DNA of 55,089 nucleotides from a virus (Duplodnaviria; Caudoviricetes): IMG/VR virus record IMGVR_UViG_3300009078_000004, positions 1 to 55,089 of that record; one strand, 5' to 3'. Shown piece by piece: positions 8,169 to 17,925 of this stretch (position 1 is its first letter; each line of letters starts with the position of its first letter). The notes under the pieces were generated by a model. It saw only the letters and a program-made list of their open reading frames with translations, ran no database searches and was not told where the DNA came from. The position numbers and the translations under genes were made by a program.

Positions 8169-10916
8169 GTGTACACGTCGCCCACAGAACGCAGCCCCGA
8201 GCAGAAACTCGCCGACCTACCCCAAGCGGCCCGCGACGCATGGCTAGCAACCCTCGACGACTGGACACTGTCACAGATCCAGGCCGGGGCATGGTGGTGG
8301 ACACGCCGACCCAAACAGACCGCCCCTGACGGCGACTGGTTCGTGTGGCTTATCATGTCGGGTAGAGGCTGGGGTAAGATGTTGGGTATGGATACCCCCA
8401 TCCCAACCCCCACAGGCTGGAAAAACCTCGCCTCCATCACCGTAGGAGACGAAGTCTTCGACGAAGCTGGCAAGCCATGCCGTGTAACAGCCACCTTCGA
8501 CGGCATCGCCGAACCCGCATACCGCGTCACCTTCTCAGACGGCACTCACCTGGACGCCTGCGGCGAGCACCAGTGGGTCACGTGGACTCACGCAGAGCGC
8601 AAGGCATACCTGCGTAGCCAGCACGAACCGGACACCACACGGTTCCCCGACAACTGGCCGCAGTGGCGAGCACGCCGACTCCCCGCCAGATACCTCCGTC
8701 GCGAAACCGTGGAACAGGCGCTCTCCCTCCACGCCGGCGGAATGTCCGTGAGGAAGATCGCCGAGCAGGTCGGCGCGAACGAGGTACCGCTAGCTCGCCA
8801 TATCCGCGCTGGCCGGTACATCGAGCGAGAAGCCGCATCAGGGACCGGGGCGACAGGTCCGCAGATCCGGACAACGGGCGACCTGCTAGCCACCCTCACC
8901 TACGGCAAACGCGGAGACACCAACCACTGCATTCCCCTCGCCGGAAGCCTCGACCTTCCCGACGCTGATCTTCCGGTAGATCCGTACATGCTCGGCGCTT
9001 GGCTCGGAGACGGCGACAAGGGCGGAGCGCAGATCACCTGCGCCGACCCTGGGATCCTGGACGAACTAGCCGCTCGCGGCTACACGGCGAAGTGTTACGA
9101 CCCGAAAGAAAGGGGAGGCAGGGGCATACAGTTCGGGCTCCCCGGTCGGCTACGCGCCGAACTCGTCGCGGCAGGTGTCATGGGAGACAAGCACATCCCT
9201 CCCGCATACCTCCGCGCCAGCGTCCAGCAACGCACCGACCTACTACACGGCCTGATGGACACTGACGGCTACCTCGACGCAGACAACGGGCAGGCCGAGT
9301 TCACCAACACGAACCGGGCGATCATCGACGGCTTCGTAGAACTGGTGCGCTCACTCGGGCAGAAGCCGGTTGTCTCCGAAGGACGCGCAACCCTGTACGG
9401 CGTAGACCACGGACTCAAGTGGCGCGTCTTCTTCCGGCCTACCATGCCTGTGTTCTCGCTGGCCCGGAAGCTAGAGCGCCAGCACCCCGAAGGTTCCCAG
9501 AACCTGCGCAACCACCACCGCATGATCGTTAGTATCGAACCGATCGAGGCGCAGCCCATGCGATGCCTCACCGTCGACTCACCAAACAGCATGTTCCTCG
9601 CGGGCGAAGGGATGATCCCCACCCACAACACCCGGGTTGGCGCTGAGTGGCTTGTTGAGCAGGCGATAGCCAATCCCCGCGATCGGACCGGCTACCCCAC
9701 GACGTGGCTGGTTGTAGGCGAGACGTTTGCGGATACGCGGGATGTGAACGTTGAGGGCAACTCGGGTATTCAGGCCACCCTGGCGAGACTCGGCTACCCG
9801 TACCGTGACCGTGCCCCGAAGGGTGGCACCACAAAGTGCCACACCTACGTGAAGAACTCTCCCCCCACGATCACGCTGTGGCCCGAAGGGCAGAAGATCG
9901 TGTGCCAGTCCGCCGATGATGCCGACGTTGGCCGCGGCTACAACTTCGCCGGTGCGTGGCTCGATGAGTTGGCAAAGTGGGGTGTGATCGCTGAGGCGGC
10001 GTGGAAGGAAGGCATCATGCCTTCACTGCGTGCTGACATCCCTGGTTATGCGCCGCAGGTTGCGGTGACGACCACGCCGAAGCCGCTGCACCTGCTCCGC
10101 CAGTGGGTTTCAAGGGCCCGTGCCGGAAAGCCGGATGTGGCGCTGACTGTTGGCGCTACCTATGAGAACGTGGCGAACCTGCCGCCGGCGTTCATTCGCA
10201 CGCTGCTCGCGGAGTATGAGGGAACGCGCCTAGGTCGGCAGGAACTACACGGCGAGCTGCTTGACGAAGTAGAAGGCGCGCTGTGGACGCACGCCCTCAT
10301 CGAGGCACACCGGGTGAAGTCGGCTCCCGAGTTGGCGCGCAAGGTGATCGGTGTTGACCCCACCGGTACGGGTACTGGGGATGAGATGGGCGCGGTGGTT
10401 GTTGGTGCTACCCGCGACGGTCACATGTACGTGCTGGCCGATCAGAGCCGCAAGGTGTCGGGTATGGCGTCGGCGCGGCATGTGTGGAACATGCTGATCG
10501 AGCACGACGCAGATGAGCTGATCGTGGAAGAGGATTACGCGAAAACGTACTTAAAGGACACTCTGGACGTGGTCTACCGAGACATGCAGTCAGAGGGGAA
10601 GTTCCCGAAGTACGACCGTGCGCCCATCCGGTACGTCCGAGCTAAGGCGTACGGCGGGGCGAAGAACAGGCGTGCTGAGCCGGTGGCGATGCGGTACGAG
10701 GTGGGCCGTGTCCACCATGTGGGGATCCTGTCCGGCCTTGAAGATCAAATGGCGACGTGGGATCCCAGCGATCCCAAAGCCAAGTCCCCTGACCGTGTGG
10801 ACGCCCTCGTCTACGCGTGCCTGTGGCTCCGGGACCAGGAAGGACGGCGTACGGCTGTCTCTTCGGCTGGCAACAACTTGACGCTTCCGGTGACCCGGCT
10901 TACCCCGTTGGGATAA
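8169..10916 (+). CDS. terL: Terminase large subunit containing an intein
   Basis: Walker A SGRGWGK|T, Walker B AWLDE, TTTPK, RQELHGE, nuclease IGVDP and SPDRVDA. Confidence 0.95.
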   Translation: MYTSPTERSPEQKLADLPQAARDAWLATLDDWTLSQIQAGAWWWTRRPKQTAPDGDWFVWLIMSGRGWGKMLGMDTPIPTPTGWKNLASITVGDEVFDEAGKPCRVTATFDGIAEPAYRVTFSDGTHLDACGEHQWVTWTHAERKAYLRSQHEPDTTRFPDNWPQWRARRLPARYLRRETVEQALSLHAGGMSVRKIAEQVGANEVPLARHIRAGRYIEREAASGTGATGPQIRTTGDLLATLTYGKRGDTNHCIPLAGSLDLPDADLPVDPYMLGAWLGDGDKGGAQITCADPGILDELAARGYTAKCYDPKERGGRGIQFGLPGRLRAELVAAGVMGDKHIPPAYLRASVQQRTDLLHGLMDTDGYLDADNGQAEFTNTNRAIIDGFVELVRSLGQKPVVSEGRATLYGVDHGLKWRVFFRPTMPVFSLARKLERQHPEGSQNLRNHHRMIVSIEPIEAQPMRCLTVDSPNSMFLAGEGMIPTHNTRVGAEWLVEQAIANPRDRTGYPTTWLVVGETFADTRDVNVEGNSGIQATLARLGYPYRDRAPKGGTTKCHTYVKNSPPTITLWPEGQKIVCQSADDADVGRGYNFAGAWLDELAKWGVIAEAAWKEGIMPSLRADIPGYAPQVAVTTTPKPLHLLRQWVSRARAGKPDVALTVGATYENVANLPPAFIRTLLAEYEGTRLGRQELHGELLDEVEGALWTHALIEAHRVKSAPELARKVIGVDPTGTGTGDEMGAVVVGATRDGHMYVLADQSRKVSGMASARHVWNMLIEHDADELIVEEDYAKTYLKDTLDVVYRDMQSEGKFPKYDRAPIRYVRAKAYGGAKNRRAEPVAMRYEVGRVHHVGILSGLEDQMATWDPSDPKAKSPDRVDALVYACLWLRDQEGRRTAVSSAGNNLTLPVTRLTPLG
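8379..9629 (+). mobile_element. Class 3 intein (417 aa) with LAGLIDADG homing endonuclease, inserted in the TerL P-loop
   Basis: Block A MLGMDTPIPTPTGW; block B DACGEHQW; C LGAWLGDG; E LHGLMDTDG; F MRCLTV; G IPTHN|T. Confidence 0.92.
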
Positions 10917-11043
10917 AGTGCGCATCGGGTACGGGTCGGATGACGTCTCCCCCGTGGGGTCGCCGGGTTGTGCCTGTTAGCGGGGGGAGTCTGCCTCATG
11001 GTGCCCCAACCGTTCCGCCGGCTTCCCCCGCTTTCCAACAGAT

Positions 11044-11424
11044 CTAGTCCTTGATTCGGTTACCGCATTCGTCGTAGCCGTCACCGAACGGGCTCGAAAC
11101 CAGTTGTGTAGCCATGTACTGGCCGGTCTGGTCGTACTTGATCACGCCGGTTATCGTCAGGCTGAACGATCGAGATGGAACGCGAATTGCGGGGATCCGG
11201 CTGTTGGTACTGGTGACCTGCTCTTCCCTGAGCGTCTCCATTCTGCTGTCGTCCGGCGCGACTGTAAGTTCTAGGTCCAGGAAAGGCTGAGCATCGAACG
11301 CGAACTGCCACGCCTGCGTGCCCACGCTGGCCGCGAGTTGGAAGTGAAGCGTTCCGTCTGGATTCCGCCTAACTTCGATGTTGCGCGAAGCTAACCGGAA
11401 GTGCTCCTCGTGAGTGTGCGTCAT
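11044..11424 (-). CDS. Moron-like hypothetical protein, probably leaderless
   Basis: Antisense between terL and the portal operon; visibly lower GC; TATGAT-6nt-ATG; starts MTHTH. Confidence 0.7.
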   Translation of the reverse strand: MTHTHEEHFRLASRNIEVRRNPDGTLHFQLAASVGTQAWQFAFDAQPFLDLELTVAPDDSRMETLREEQVTSTNSRIPAIRVPSRSFSLTITGVIKYDQTGQYMATQLVSSPFGDGYDECGNRIKD

Positions 11425-11453
11425 GCACACATCATACCGCATGCGGGCGTACG
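11408..11453. repeat. 46-bp direct repeat copy 2
   Basis: Matches 8112-8157. Confidence 0.9.
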
Positions 11454-11489
11454 CGCCTGCAATGCCGGTGATCGCCTACCCTTGCGGGT

Positions 11490-11840
11490 GTGGGGCAACT
11501 TCTGACTTTCGCCGTGTACGCGCTCGCAACCGTGTCCGCCGCCGTCCTCATCAAAGACGACGAGATCACCCGCGGCCCCCGCAACTGGGCCGTCGCGCGA
11601 GCGCCCAAAGGCAGCCTGCGCGCCTACTGGTGGACGTGCATCTACTGCATCAGCATGTTGCCTGCCATCGCCGTAGGCACGGCGTGGGTACTCGCATCCG
11701 AGAGCCCATGGTGCAAGATCCCCGCCGCGGTGCTCGCTTTCCGCTGGCTGGCTGTCAAGATGTACACATGGCAGCGGCTGCTGAGCGGCAAAGCGTCCCT
11801 GTACGAGACCCCGCCGGCTGATGAGCAGGAGGCACGATAG
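11490..11840 (+). CDS. DUF1360-like membrane protein
   Basis: D.IT..PR.W ... TCIYCIS; three hydrophobic segments; directly upstream of portal. Confidence 0.7.
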   Translation: MGQLLTFAVYALATVSAAVLIKDDEITRGPRNWAVARAPKGSLRAYWWTCIYCISMLPAIAVGTAWVLASESPWCKIPAAVLAFRWLAVKMYTWQRLLSGKASLYETPPADEQEAR

Positions 11841-11843
11841 CCA

Positions 11844-13757
11844 ATGGTGAACCTCCCCGGCCTGCGTAAGAAGCCCACACCGGGCACCGATGTTGCTATT
11901 CCCGCGAACCCGCCCGTGCCGGTACTCAAACCCCGCAACCAGGTCGCTGCTGCGTCACGGATCCGGTTCGACGGCACCGGATGGAAGAACTACAAGTTCG
12001 GCTCCAACTTGTGGCAGGTCGAGGGCTGGCGGCATTACGACATCTGCGGCGAGCTGCATGGGGTCACGAACGCTGTAGCGAACCTCGGGTCGCGGGTCGA
12101 GTTCAACATCCACCGGATCGTGGATGGCAAGCCGGGCCCGCAGATCACCGCGGAAGACGATCCGCAGATCGCGGAACTAGACGCGCAGATCCTGGGTGGG
12201 CCGGAGAAGGCACCCGAGAACCAGCGTCTCGCGTTCGTGAACCTGTTCGTCGCGGGCGAGTACTTCCAGTTCGTTGAGTCGCCGAACAATGATGCGCTGG
12301 ACCGCTGGTTCATCATCTCCGTCACACAGCTGACGATGGCGCAGGACGGCAGCGGCAAGCTCCAGTTTGACCGGCCGCACGAGTACGGCGGTGGCAAGGT
12401 CGACTACGACCCGCGGCCCGGCTCGACCCGCTCGGGAATCCTGGAGAGGTGCTGGACACCGCACGGGCAGATGTCCGACCACGCCGACAGCTCCGTCCGG
12501 TCTGCTATCACGGTCCTGAACCTGATCGAGCAGTACAACAAGCGGTCGTCGGCGCAGAACGACTCCCGGCTAGCCGGCGCGGGCGTGCTGCTGCTGCCGG
12601 ACACGTTCGACTTCCCCGCCGGCGACGACCAGAGCCCCGTTGACGCGTTTGAGGCGCGTGTCGGGACCGAGATGGGCCGCACCCTCGAAGACCCCGCGAA
12701 CGCCCGCTCACTGGTGCCGGTGATGGCGACCGTCCGCGGCGACGACATCGACAAGGTGAAGTGGCTGACGTTTGAGACGCCACTCGACGAGCAGACGAAA
12801 GACCGCCTCGACCAGTGCATCCGCCGACTGGCGACATCCCTGGACGTGCCGCCGTCGGTGCTGCTCGGCGGGGAGTCGTCGTCGCACTGGACGGCGTGGA
12901 AGGACGCAGAAGACACCGTCACCACGTTCGTAGCCCCGCTCGCCGCCCGGGTCGCCGAGTGCATTACCGGCGGGTGGCTGCACCCCATCTTGGAAGAGAT
13001 GGGCTACGACCCCACCGAGTACATGGTGTGGTACGACCTCGCGCCGCTGCTCGTCAAACCCGACCGGCACAACGACGCGATGGCACTGTGGGACCGGGGC
13101 CTGATCAACGACGAGGCGGCACGGCGGCTGTCCGGGGTGAAGGAAGACGACGCCCACGACGAGGCCTCGTATAAGGCGTGGATGCTCGCACAGCTGATCC
13201 TGAAGGGGTCGCCGCTCCTACAGGACCCCAACTTCGCCGGGACGCTCGGCATCGCACCGCCGCCCGCACCCGCAGCCATCGAAGCCACCGAACAGCCCCC
13301 CGAGCGCACCGAACCGCCACGCTCACCCGAACAGGAAGCACTCGTCGCCGGCGCGGAGATGGCAGCACTCCACTCCCTCGCCGTCGCCGGTAAGAAGATG
13401 CTCACCCGCGGCGTACGCGACCAGCTGATGACCGAGTTCGCCGGACGCCCGTTCGACCTGCACACCCGGTTGAGTGTCGACTCGATGGAACACGCAACCA
13501 CCCTCCTCGACGGGACGTGGGATCTTCTGCCAGCCCTGGCGAGCCGTACGGGCACCGATCAGCAGATCCTGCGCGACGTCCTCGGGTTCTACTGCTCGTC
13601 GAAGATGTCATCGGGCATGGCCCACGACCCGGACACGCTCACGTTCCTACTGTCCGAAGGGATCCTCGCCGCGGGGCACCGAAGGTGTACCGGCGAACGG
13701 TGCAGTAACCCGCTGAACCCGCAGCCGTGCAAGCCGGCACAGCCGGTGACGGCATGA
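11844..13757 (+). CDS. Portal protein
   Basis: WQVEGWRHYDICGEL, SRLAGAGVLLLP, IRRLATSLDVPP..LLG..SHWTAW; position after terL. Confidence 0.88.
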   Translation: MVNLPGLRKKPTPGTDVAIPANPPVPVLKPRNQVAAASRIRFDGTGWKNYKFGSNLWQVEGWRHYDICGELHGVTNAVANLGSRVEFNIHRIVDGKPGPQITAEDDPQIAELDAQILGGPEKAPENQRLAFVNLFVAGEYFQFVESPNNDALDRWFIISVTQLTMAQDGSGKLQFDRPHEYGGGKVDYDPRPGSTRSGILERCWTPHGQMSDHADSSVRSAITVLNLIEQYNKRSSAQNDSRLAGAGVLLLPDTFDFPAGDDQSPVDAFEARVGTEMGRTLEDPANARSLVPVMATVRGDDIDKVKWLTFETPLDEQTKDRLDQCIRRLATSLDVPPSVLLGGESSSHWTAWKDAEDTVTTFVAPLAARVAECITGGWLHPILEEMGYDPTEYMVWYDLAPLLVKPDRHNDAMALWDRGLINDEAARRLSGVKEDDAHDEASYKAWMLAQLILKGSPLLQDPNFAGTLGIAPPPAPAAIEATEQPPERTEPPRSPEQEALVAGAEMAALHSLAVAGKKMLTRGVRDQLMTEFAGRPFDLHTRLSVDSMEHATTLLDGTWDLLPALASRTGTDQQILRDVLGFYCSSKMSSGMAHDPDTLTFLLSEGILAAGHRRCTGERCSNPLNPQPCKPAQPVTA

Positions 13758-14572
13758 CCCAGCCCATCGAACCCCCACCGCTGCCGCCGGAGGACTGGAC
13801 AGCGGAAGAGGCCAGCGCTGCGGCCCTGTACCTGACGCTGGTCGCCGCGTGGTTGACGGCGGTCACCGCCGCGACGTTCCCCGCCGCAGGGATCATCAAC
13901 CCGTTCGGGATCTTGTCCGCCACGTCGCTGTGGACGCAGACGGTAACGAACTGGATCCGGCAGGCCGTACGCCCTGCGTTGCTCGCCCCGTACACGTTCC
14001 TGTTCGGCCCGGAACGTGCCACAGTGCTGTTCGATCAGCGCCCGTTCGTCGACGAGTACATCCGCACCGTCACGAACCTGCTGTCGCGTGTGCCCGACGA
14101 GACATTCCGCAGGGTTCAGGCGATCGTGCAGACGGCTTCGACGGAGGGTACGTCGATCCCCGACACCGCCGAGCAGATCAGGGAGACGCTCCTGGACGCT
14201 GGCGCGCCGTACTGGACGAACCGGGCCGAGACGATCGCCCGGACAGAGCTGCTACGCGCGCACAGGGGCGGGGCGTGGGACTCGTACGTCACGTACGGGG
14301 CGGAGAACGGTTTGCGGATGCGTAAGACGTGGATCGACTCCGACGATGCGCGGGTCAGGCCGGCGCACGTTGACACCGACGAGCAGACAGTTCCGATCAT
14401 GGAACCGTTCATGGTCGGCGTTGACGGCGGACCGCGGTTCCCTGCCATGTACCCCGGCGATCCGATCCTCCCCCCGAACCTGAGCATCAACTGCCGCTGC
14501 GACGTCCTGTACACGACCTACGACGAGCCGTTGACTGACCTGTCCGACCGGCGTTTCCGGAGCGCGCTATGA
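13754..14572 (+). CDS. MuF/SPP1 gp7-like minor head protein
   Basis: RAETIARTE, KTW...DARVRPAH, YPGDP, INCRC. Confidence 0.9.
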   Translation: MTQPIEPPPLPPEDWTAEEASAAALYLTLVAAWLTAVTAATFPAAGIINPFGILSATSLWTQTVTNWIRQAVRPALLAPYTFLFGPERATVLFDQRPFVDEYIRTVTNLLSRVPDETFRRVQAIVQTASTEGTSIPDTAEQIRETLLDAGAPYWTNRAETIARTELLRAHRGGAWDSYVTYGAENGLRMRKTWIDSDDARVRPAHVDTDEQTVPIMEPFMVGVDGGPRFPAMYPGDPILPPNLSINCRCDVLYTTYDEPLTDLSDRRFRSAL

Positions 14573-17500
14573 CCCTGCACGAGTTCCACCTGCCCGGTAA
14601 GCACGACCAGTCAAGCCACGGAAGCGGCGGCCGTCGCCGGAGCGGCGCGCCCAAAGATGCTGGCAGCCCGCCTTCATCCCACGGGAAGGCACGCAAGGGC
14701 ACACCACAGCGCATGTCCGCAGGCGATTTCGAGCGCGAGATAGCAAGCGACCGGCGGCTATACCGGGGCGTTGGTGTTCCAGCCGCAGCCGACTCGACCC
14801 GCAGCGGCGAGCTTGGCGGAGGCGACTTCGGCCCTGGCATCTACGTCGACCCGCGTATTTCTGTGGCGCAGAACTACGCGGGCCGCGGGGGCGAAGGCGT
14901 CGTTATGCGCATGGCACTCAAGCCTGGAACCGACGTGAAGGAGATACCGGCGAAGGTACGCCGCCGTGGGTCGGCTGCCATCGATGCGTGGGCCGAAGAG
15001 GGCAGGTACGACGTGATCAGCGCACCGCCCTACGTCATCGTCCGTAATCCTGACGTCCTGATTGCCGACGATCGCAATTACACCCCGCGCGAGTCTGTGA
15101 TTCTCGACTACTTGGCGCAGGGGTATGACATGCCAGAGGGTTACGAGGATGAGATAGCGGCGCTGCGGCGGGACCTGAGGATAGACATCCCGAGTTCGGG
15201 GCAGACTGCGTCACTGACCGCATTCCACCTCACCGGGCAGCACGACCAGTCGACGCACGGCCACGACGGACCACCGGGCAGCATCACGGGGAAGCTGAAG
15301 TCGGGCGGGACGGTCAGCCTCGGTGCTGGTGAAACGCTCGCGAAGTCGGATGTGGTGCAGCAGCGCGGCGGCGGCGGAGCACTGCTCGCCGCAGTCGACA
15401 GCAGCGACGGTGCACGGCGTGTGCGTCTCGGCGTGATCGGCGACGAGTCCGGGGTGTTGAAGTGGCGCGCGTCGAACAAGGGCGGCACGGCGAACCTCAC
15501 GCCCGCGCAGACGCGGGCGCTCGCGGACGGGCTCACCGACAGCTCGCGTAAGGCACGGCAGCAGCACGCCGAAGCCGACGCCGTCATCGAAGTATTGGAA
15601 GACACAGGCTGGGATCCCGACAACCCCGACCTTGACTCCGAACAGCGTGACCTGCTCGATCGGCACGACACACTCACGTCGGGGCTGGTCGGCAATCAGC
15701 AGACGATCAGCACGCCGTGGGGTGACGTCGTCTACGGAACCCGGATCACCGATGGCGGACCTACGGTGGCGCTCGCTGTCGTGTCCGACGACGCGGACGC
15801 CGACTGGACGATCGACGACGCGGTAGCAGACGGCACCGCGCTCGATCTGACCCTGGCGCAGGTACGTGCACTGGCGTCGAAGCTACGTTCTAGCGCGGGA
15901 AGCGGGCAGACTGCTGCTGTGGACACGTTTCAGGGCGACATCCCCGACCAGCTCGCCGACTACTGGCTGCGGGGTAAGGGTGCGGCGCGGGTGCGTTGGT
16001 GTACCCGCGGGTCGTTCCGGCGTGCGCGCCGGCTGCTGCGCGGGAAGGTTCCTGCGCACATGCTTGATGGGACGGTGGCGAACCTGTACCACCGTGCGTG
16101 CGGACGCTGGCCAGGACGTCGCGGCAATGAGGCGGCACTCGCCGCTGATCCGGCGATGCTCCCACCTGCGGATGTAAACGAAACCCCGATCGGCGATACA
16201 TCCGATGCGGGGAATGAAGGTGTGGGATACAACCGCACAGACTGGTTCGGCCCGCTCGCCCCGATCGACATCGCGACCGGTGACCGGCGCAAGTTCGCCG
16301 ACGACGCCCTGTCGACCCGGCAGCTTCCGTTGCCGTTCCGCTGGCAGGAGAAGGCGGCGCAGGGGCATGATGGCGCGGTTGTGGTGGGTTCGCTGACGGG
16401 GTATGAGATCGCCGAGGACGGCACGATCATGGGGCGTGGGTACTTTCTCGACCCGGAGATCATCCCCGACGTCCGCAAAGCCATGCACCTCGTAGAACAC
16501 GGCGTCATCGGCCCATCGGTGGACCTTGAACCGAACATGGACGTGACATGGGTTGACGAGCAGGGCAATGCGTTCGACACGGAACAGTGCCAACTGGACG
16601 GCACCTGCCCCGACAAACCCGAAGCTTTGATCACCCGCGCGACGATTGCCGGCGCGACCCTCGTCCCTATCACCGCGTTCGCTGAGGCTCGCGCGCCGAA
16701 GATGACCCGTCATGGCGAGTTCTGCCTCAACCCGTTGCACCCCGGTCCGTGCGCGTCTGGCGGTTCCGGCGGTGGGGGCGGCGGTGGGGGCGCGGCGAAG
16801 GACGCGAAGGCAGACGCGGAGAAGGTCGCGGCTGATGGTGCGCAGCCTTCCGCACCCGCGCAGGCACCGGGCCGCGGTGTTCTCGACGCGCTGATCCGTG
16901 AGAAGTTCCTCGACTCGCCGCAGGACGCCAACGACGACCAGACGCCGGAGCAGCGCGCAGCCGAGCAGCAGCGGGCGCAGGTCCAGGCGCAGACTGAGCA
17001 GCGGCGTGCACGCCGGGCGGAGGTCCGGGCGAAGGCTGCGGCGGCGCGGGAGCGGTACGGGCCGCGGTCGAAGTGGCCGAAGCGGGTACAGGCCGGTATC
17101 GAACGCGACGAAGCACGCCTGTCCCAGACCGCATCGGTAGACGGGCATGAGGACTGCGCTCTGAATGAGTTCTGCCGAGCACCGCTGCATCCTGGCCCGT
17201 GCAAGGGCTGGAAGGGCACCGGCGGCAAGTCGTCGTCTTCGACGTCTGCGCCCGCGCCGAAGGCAGCGCCGAAGCCGCGTGCCTCCCGCGCGAAGGCTGC
17301 GCCGCGTAGCGTACCGCCGAAGCGGGTCACGCCGAGTGCCGAGATTGGTACACCGTCGCCGACGTCGAAGGTGACGAAGGCGCTGAAGCCGGCGCAGATG
17401 GAAACGGACTGGGCTGCGCACAACGACACTCTGTCGAAGGCGCAGAAGTCGGCGGTGCACGACTACACGACATCCGACTACTTCCAGATCAACAACGCGT

Positions 17501-17925
17501 TGAAGGCAGTAGACGCGAAGCCGACCCGTGAGCAGAAGGCACTGATCGCGAAAGCCGAGATGATCCAATCGGCGATGGCCCCAGCACCCAAGGGCACGAA
17601 GGTGTTCCGCGGCACGAACACCGCCAGCGTCGGCCTGCCCGCTAAACCGACCCTGGCTGAGATGAAAGCACTCGTCGGTAAAGACCTCGTAAACGACGCC
17701 TTCACCAGCACATCAGTCAGCGCCGACGAGATCTTCGCCGGGAACCTGGAGTTTGAAATCGACATGCCGGAGGGCACCCCCTCGCTGTGGCTCAACGGCA
17801 ACTCCCGACTTCCCGACGAACACGAAGTGCTCCTCGCCGCGGGTGCGAAGATGAGAGTCGTTGGCGTGAATGAAAGCCCGCCAGGTTCGGGTAACTACCA
17901 GGTCAAGACAAGGATTGTGGCATGA
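14569..17925 (+). CDS. Multidomain capsid maturation protease polyprotein with N-terminal ART-like and C-terminal VIP2-type ADP-ribosyltransferase domains
   Basis: LYRG..FGPGIY..VAQNYA; YW..GKGAARVRW..G.WPG; TGDRRKF..LPLPFRWQ..GHDGAVVVG..GPSVD..IAGATLV..AF; YT..Y..IN..L, VFRG, FTSTS, DEHEVLL. Confidence 0.8.
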   Translation: MTLHEFHLPGKHDQSSHGSGGRRRSGAPKDAGSPPSSHGKARKGTPQRMSAGDFEREIASDRRLYRGVGVPAAADSTRSGELGGGDFGPGIYVDPRISVAQNYAGRGGEGVVMRMALKPGTDVKEIPAKVRRRGSAAIDAWAEEGRYDVISAPPYVIVRNPDVLIADDRNYTPRESVILDYLAQGYDMPEGYEDEIAALRRDLRIDIPSSGQTASLTAFHLTGQHDQSTHGHDGPPGSITGKLKSGGTVSLGAGETLAKSDVVQQRGGGGALLAAVDSSDGARRVRLGVIGDESGVLKWRASNKGGTANLTPAQTRALADGLTDSSRKARQQHAEADAVIEVLEDTGWDPDNPDLDSEQRDLLDRHDTLTSGLVGNQQTISTPWGDVVYGTRITDGGPTVALAVVSDDADADWTIDDAVADGTALDLTLAQVRALASKLRSSAGSGQTAAVDTFQGDIPDQLADYWLRGKGAARVRWCTRGSFRRARRLLRGKVPAHMLDGTVANLYHRACGRWPGRRGNEAALAADPAMLPPADVNETPIGDTSDAGNEGVGYNRTDWFGPLAPIDIATGDRRKFADDALSTRQLPLPFRWQEKAAQGHDGAVVVGSLTGYEIAEDGTIMGRGYFLDPEIIPDVRKAMHLVEHGVIGPSVDLEPNMDVTWVDEQGNAFDTEQCQLDGTCPDKPEALITRATIAGATLVPITAFAEARAPKMTRHGEFCLNPLHPGPCASGGSGGGGGGGGAAKDAKADAEKVAADGAQPSAPAQAPGRGVLDALIREKFLDSPQDANDDQTPEQRAAEQQRAQVQAQTEQRRARRAEVRAKAAAARERYGPRSKWPKRVQAGIERDEARLSQTASVDGHEDCALNEFCRAPLHPGPCKGWKGTGGKSSSSTSAPAPKAAPKPRASRAKAAPRSVPPKRVTPSAEIGTPSPTSKVTKALKPAQMETDWAAHNDTLSKAQKSAVHDYTTSDYFQINNALKAVDAKPTREQKALIAKAEMIQSAMAPAPKGTKVFRGTNTASVGLPAKPTLAEMKALVGKDLVNDAFTSTSVSADEIFAGNLEFEIDMPEGTPSLWLNGNSRLPDEHEVLLAAGAKMRVVGVNESPPGSGNYQVKTRIVA

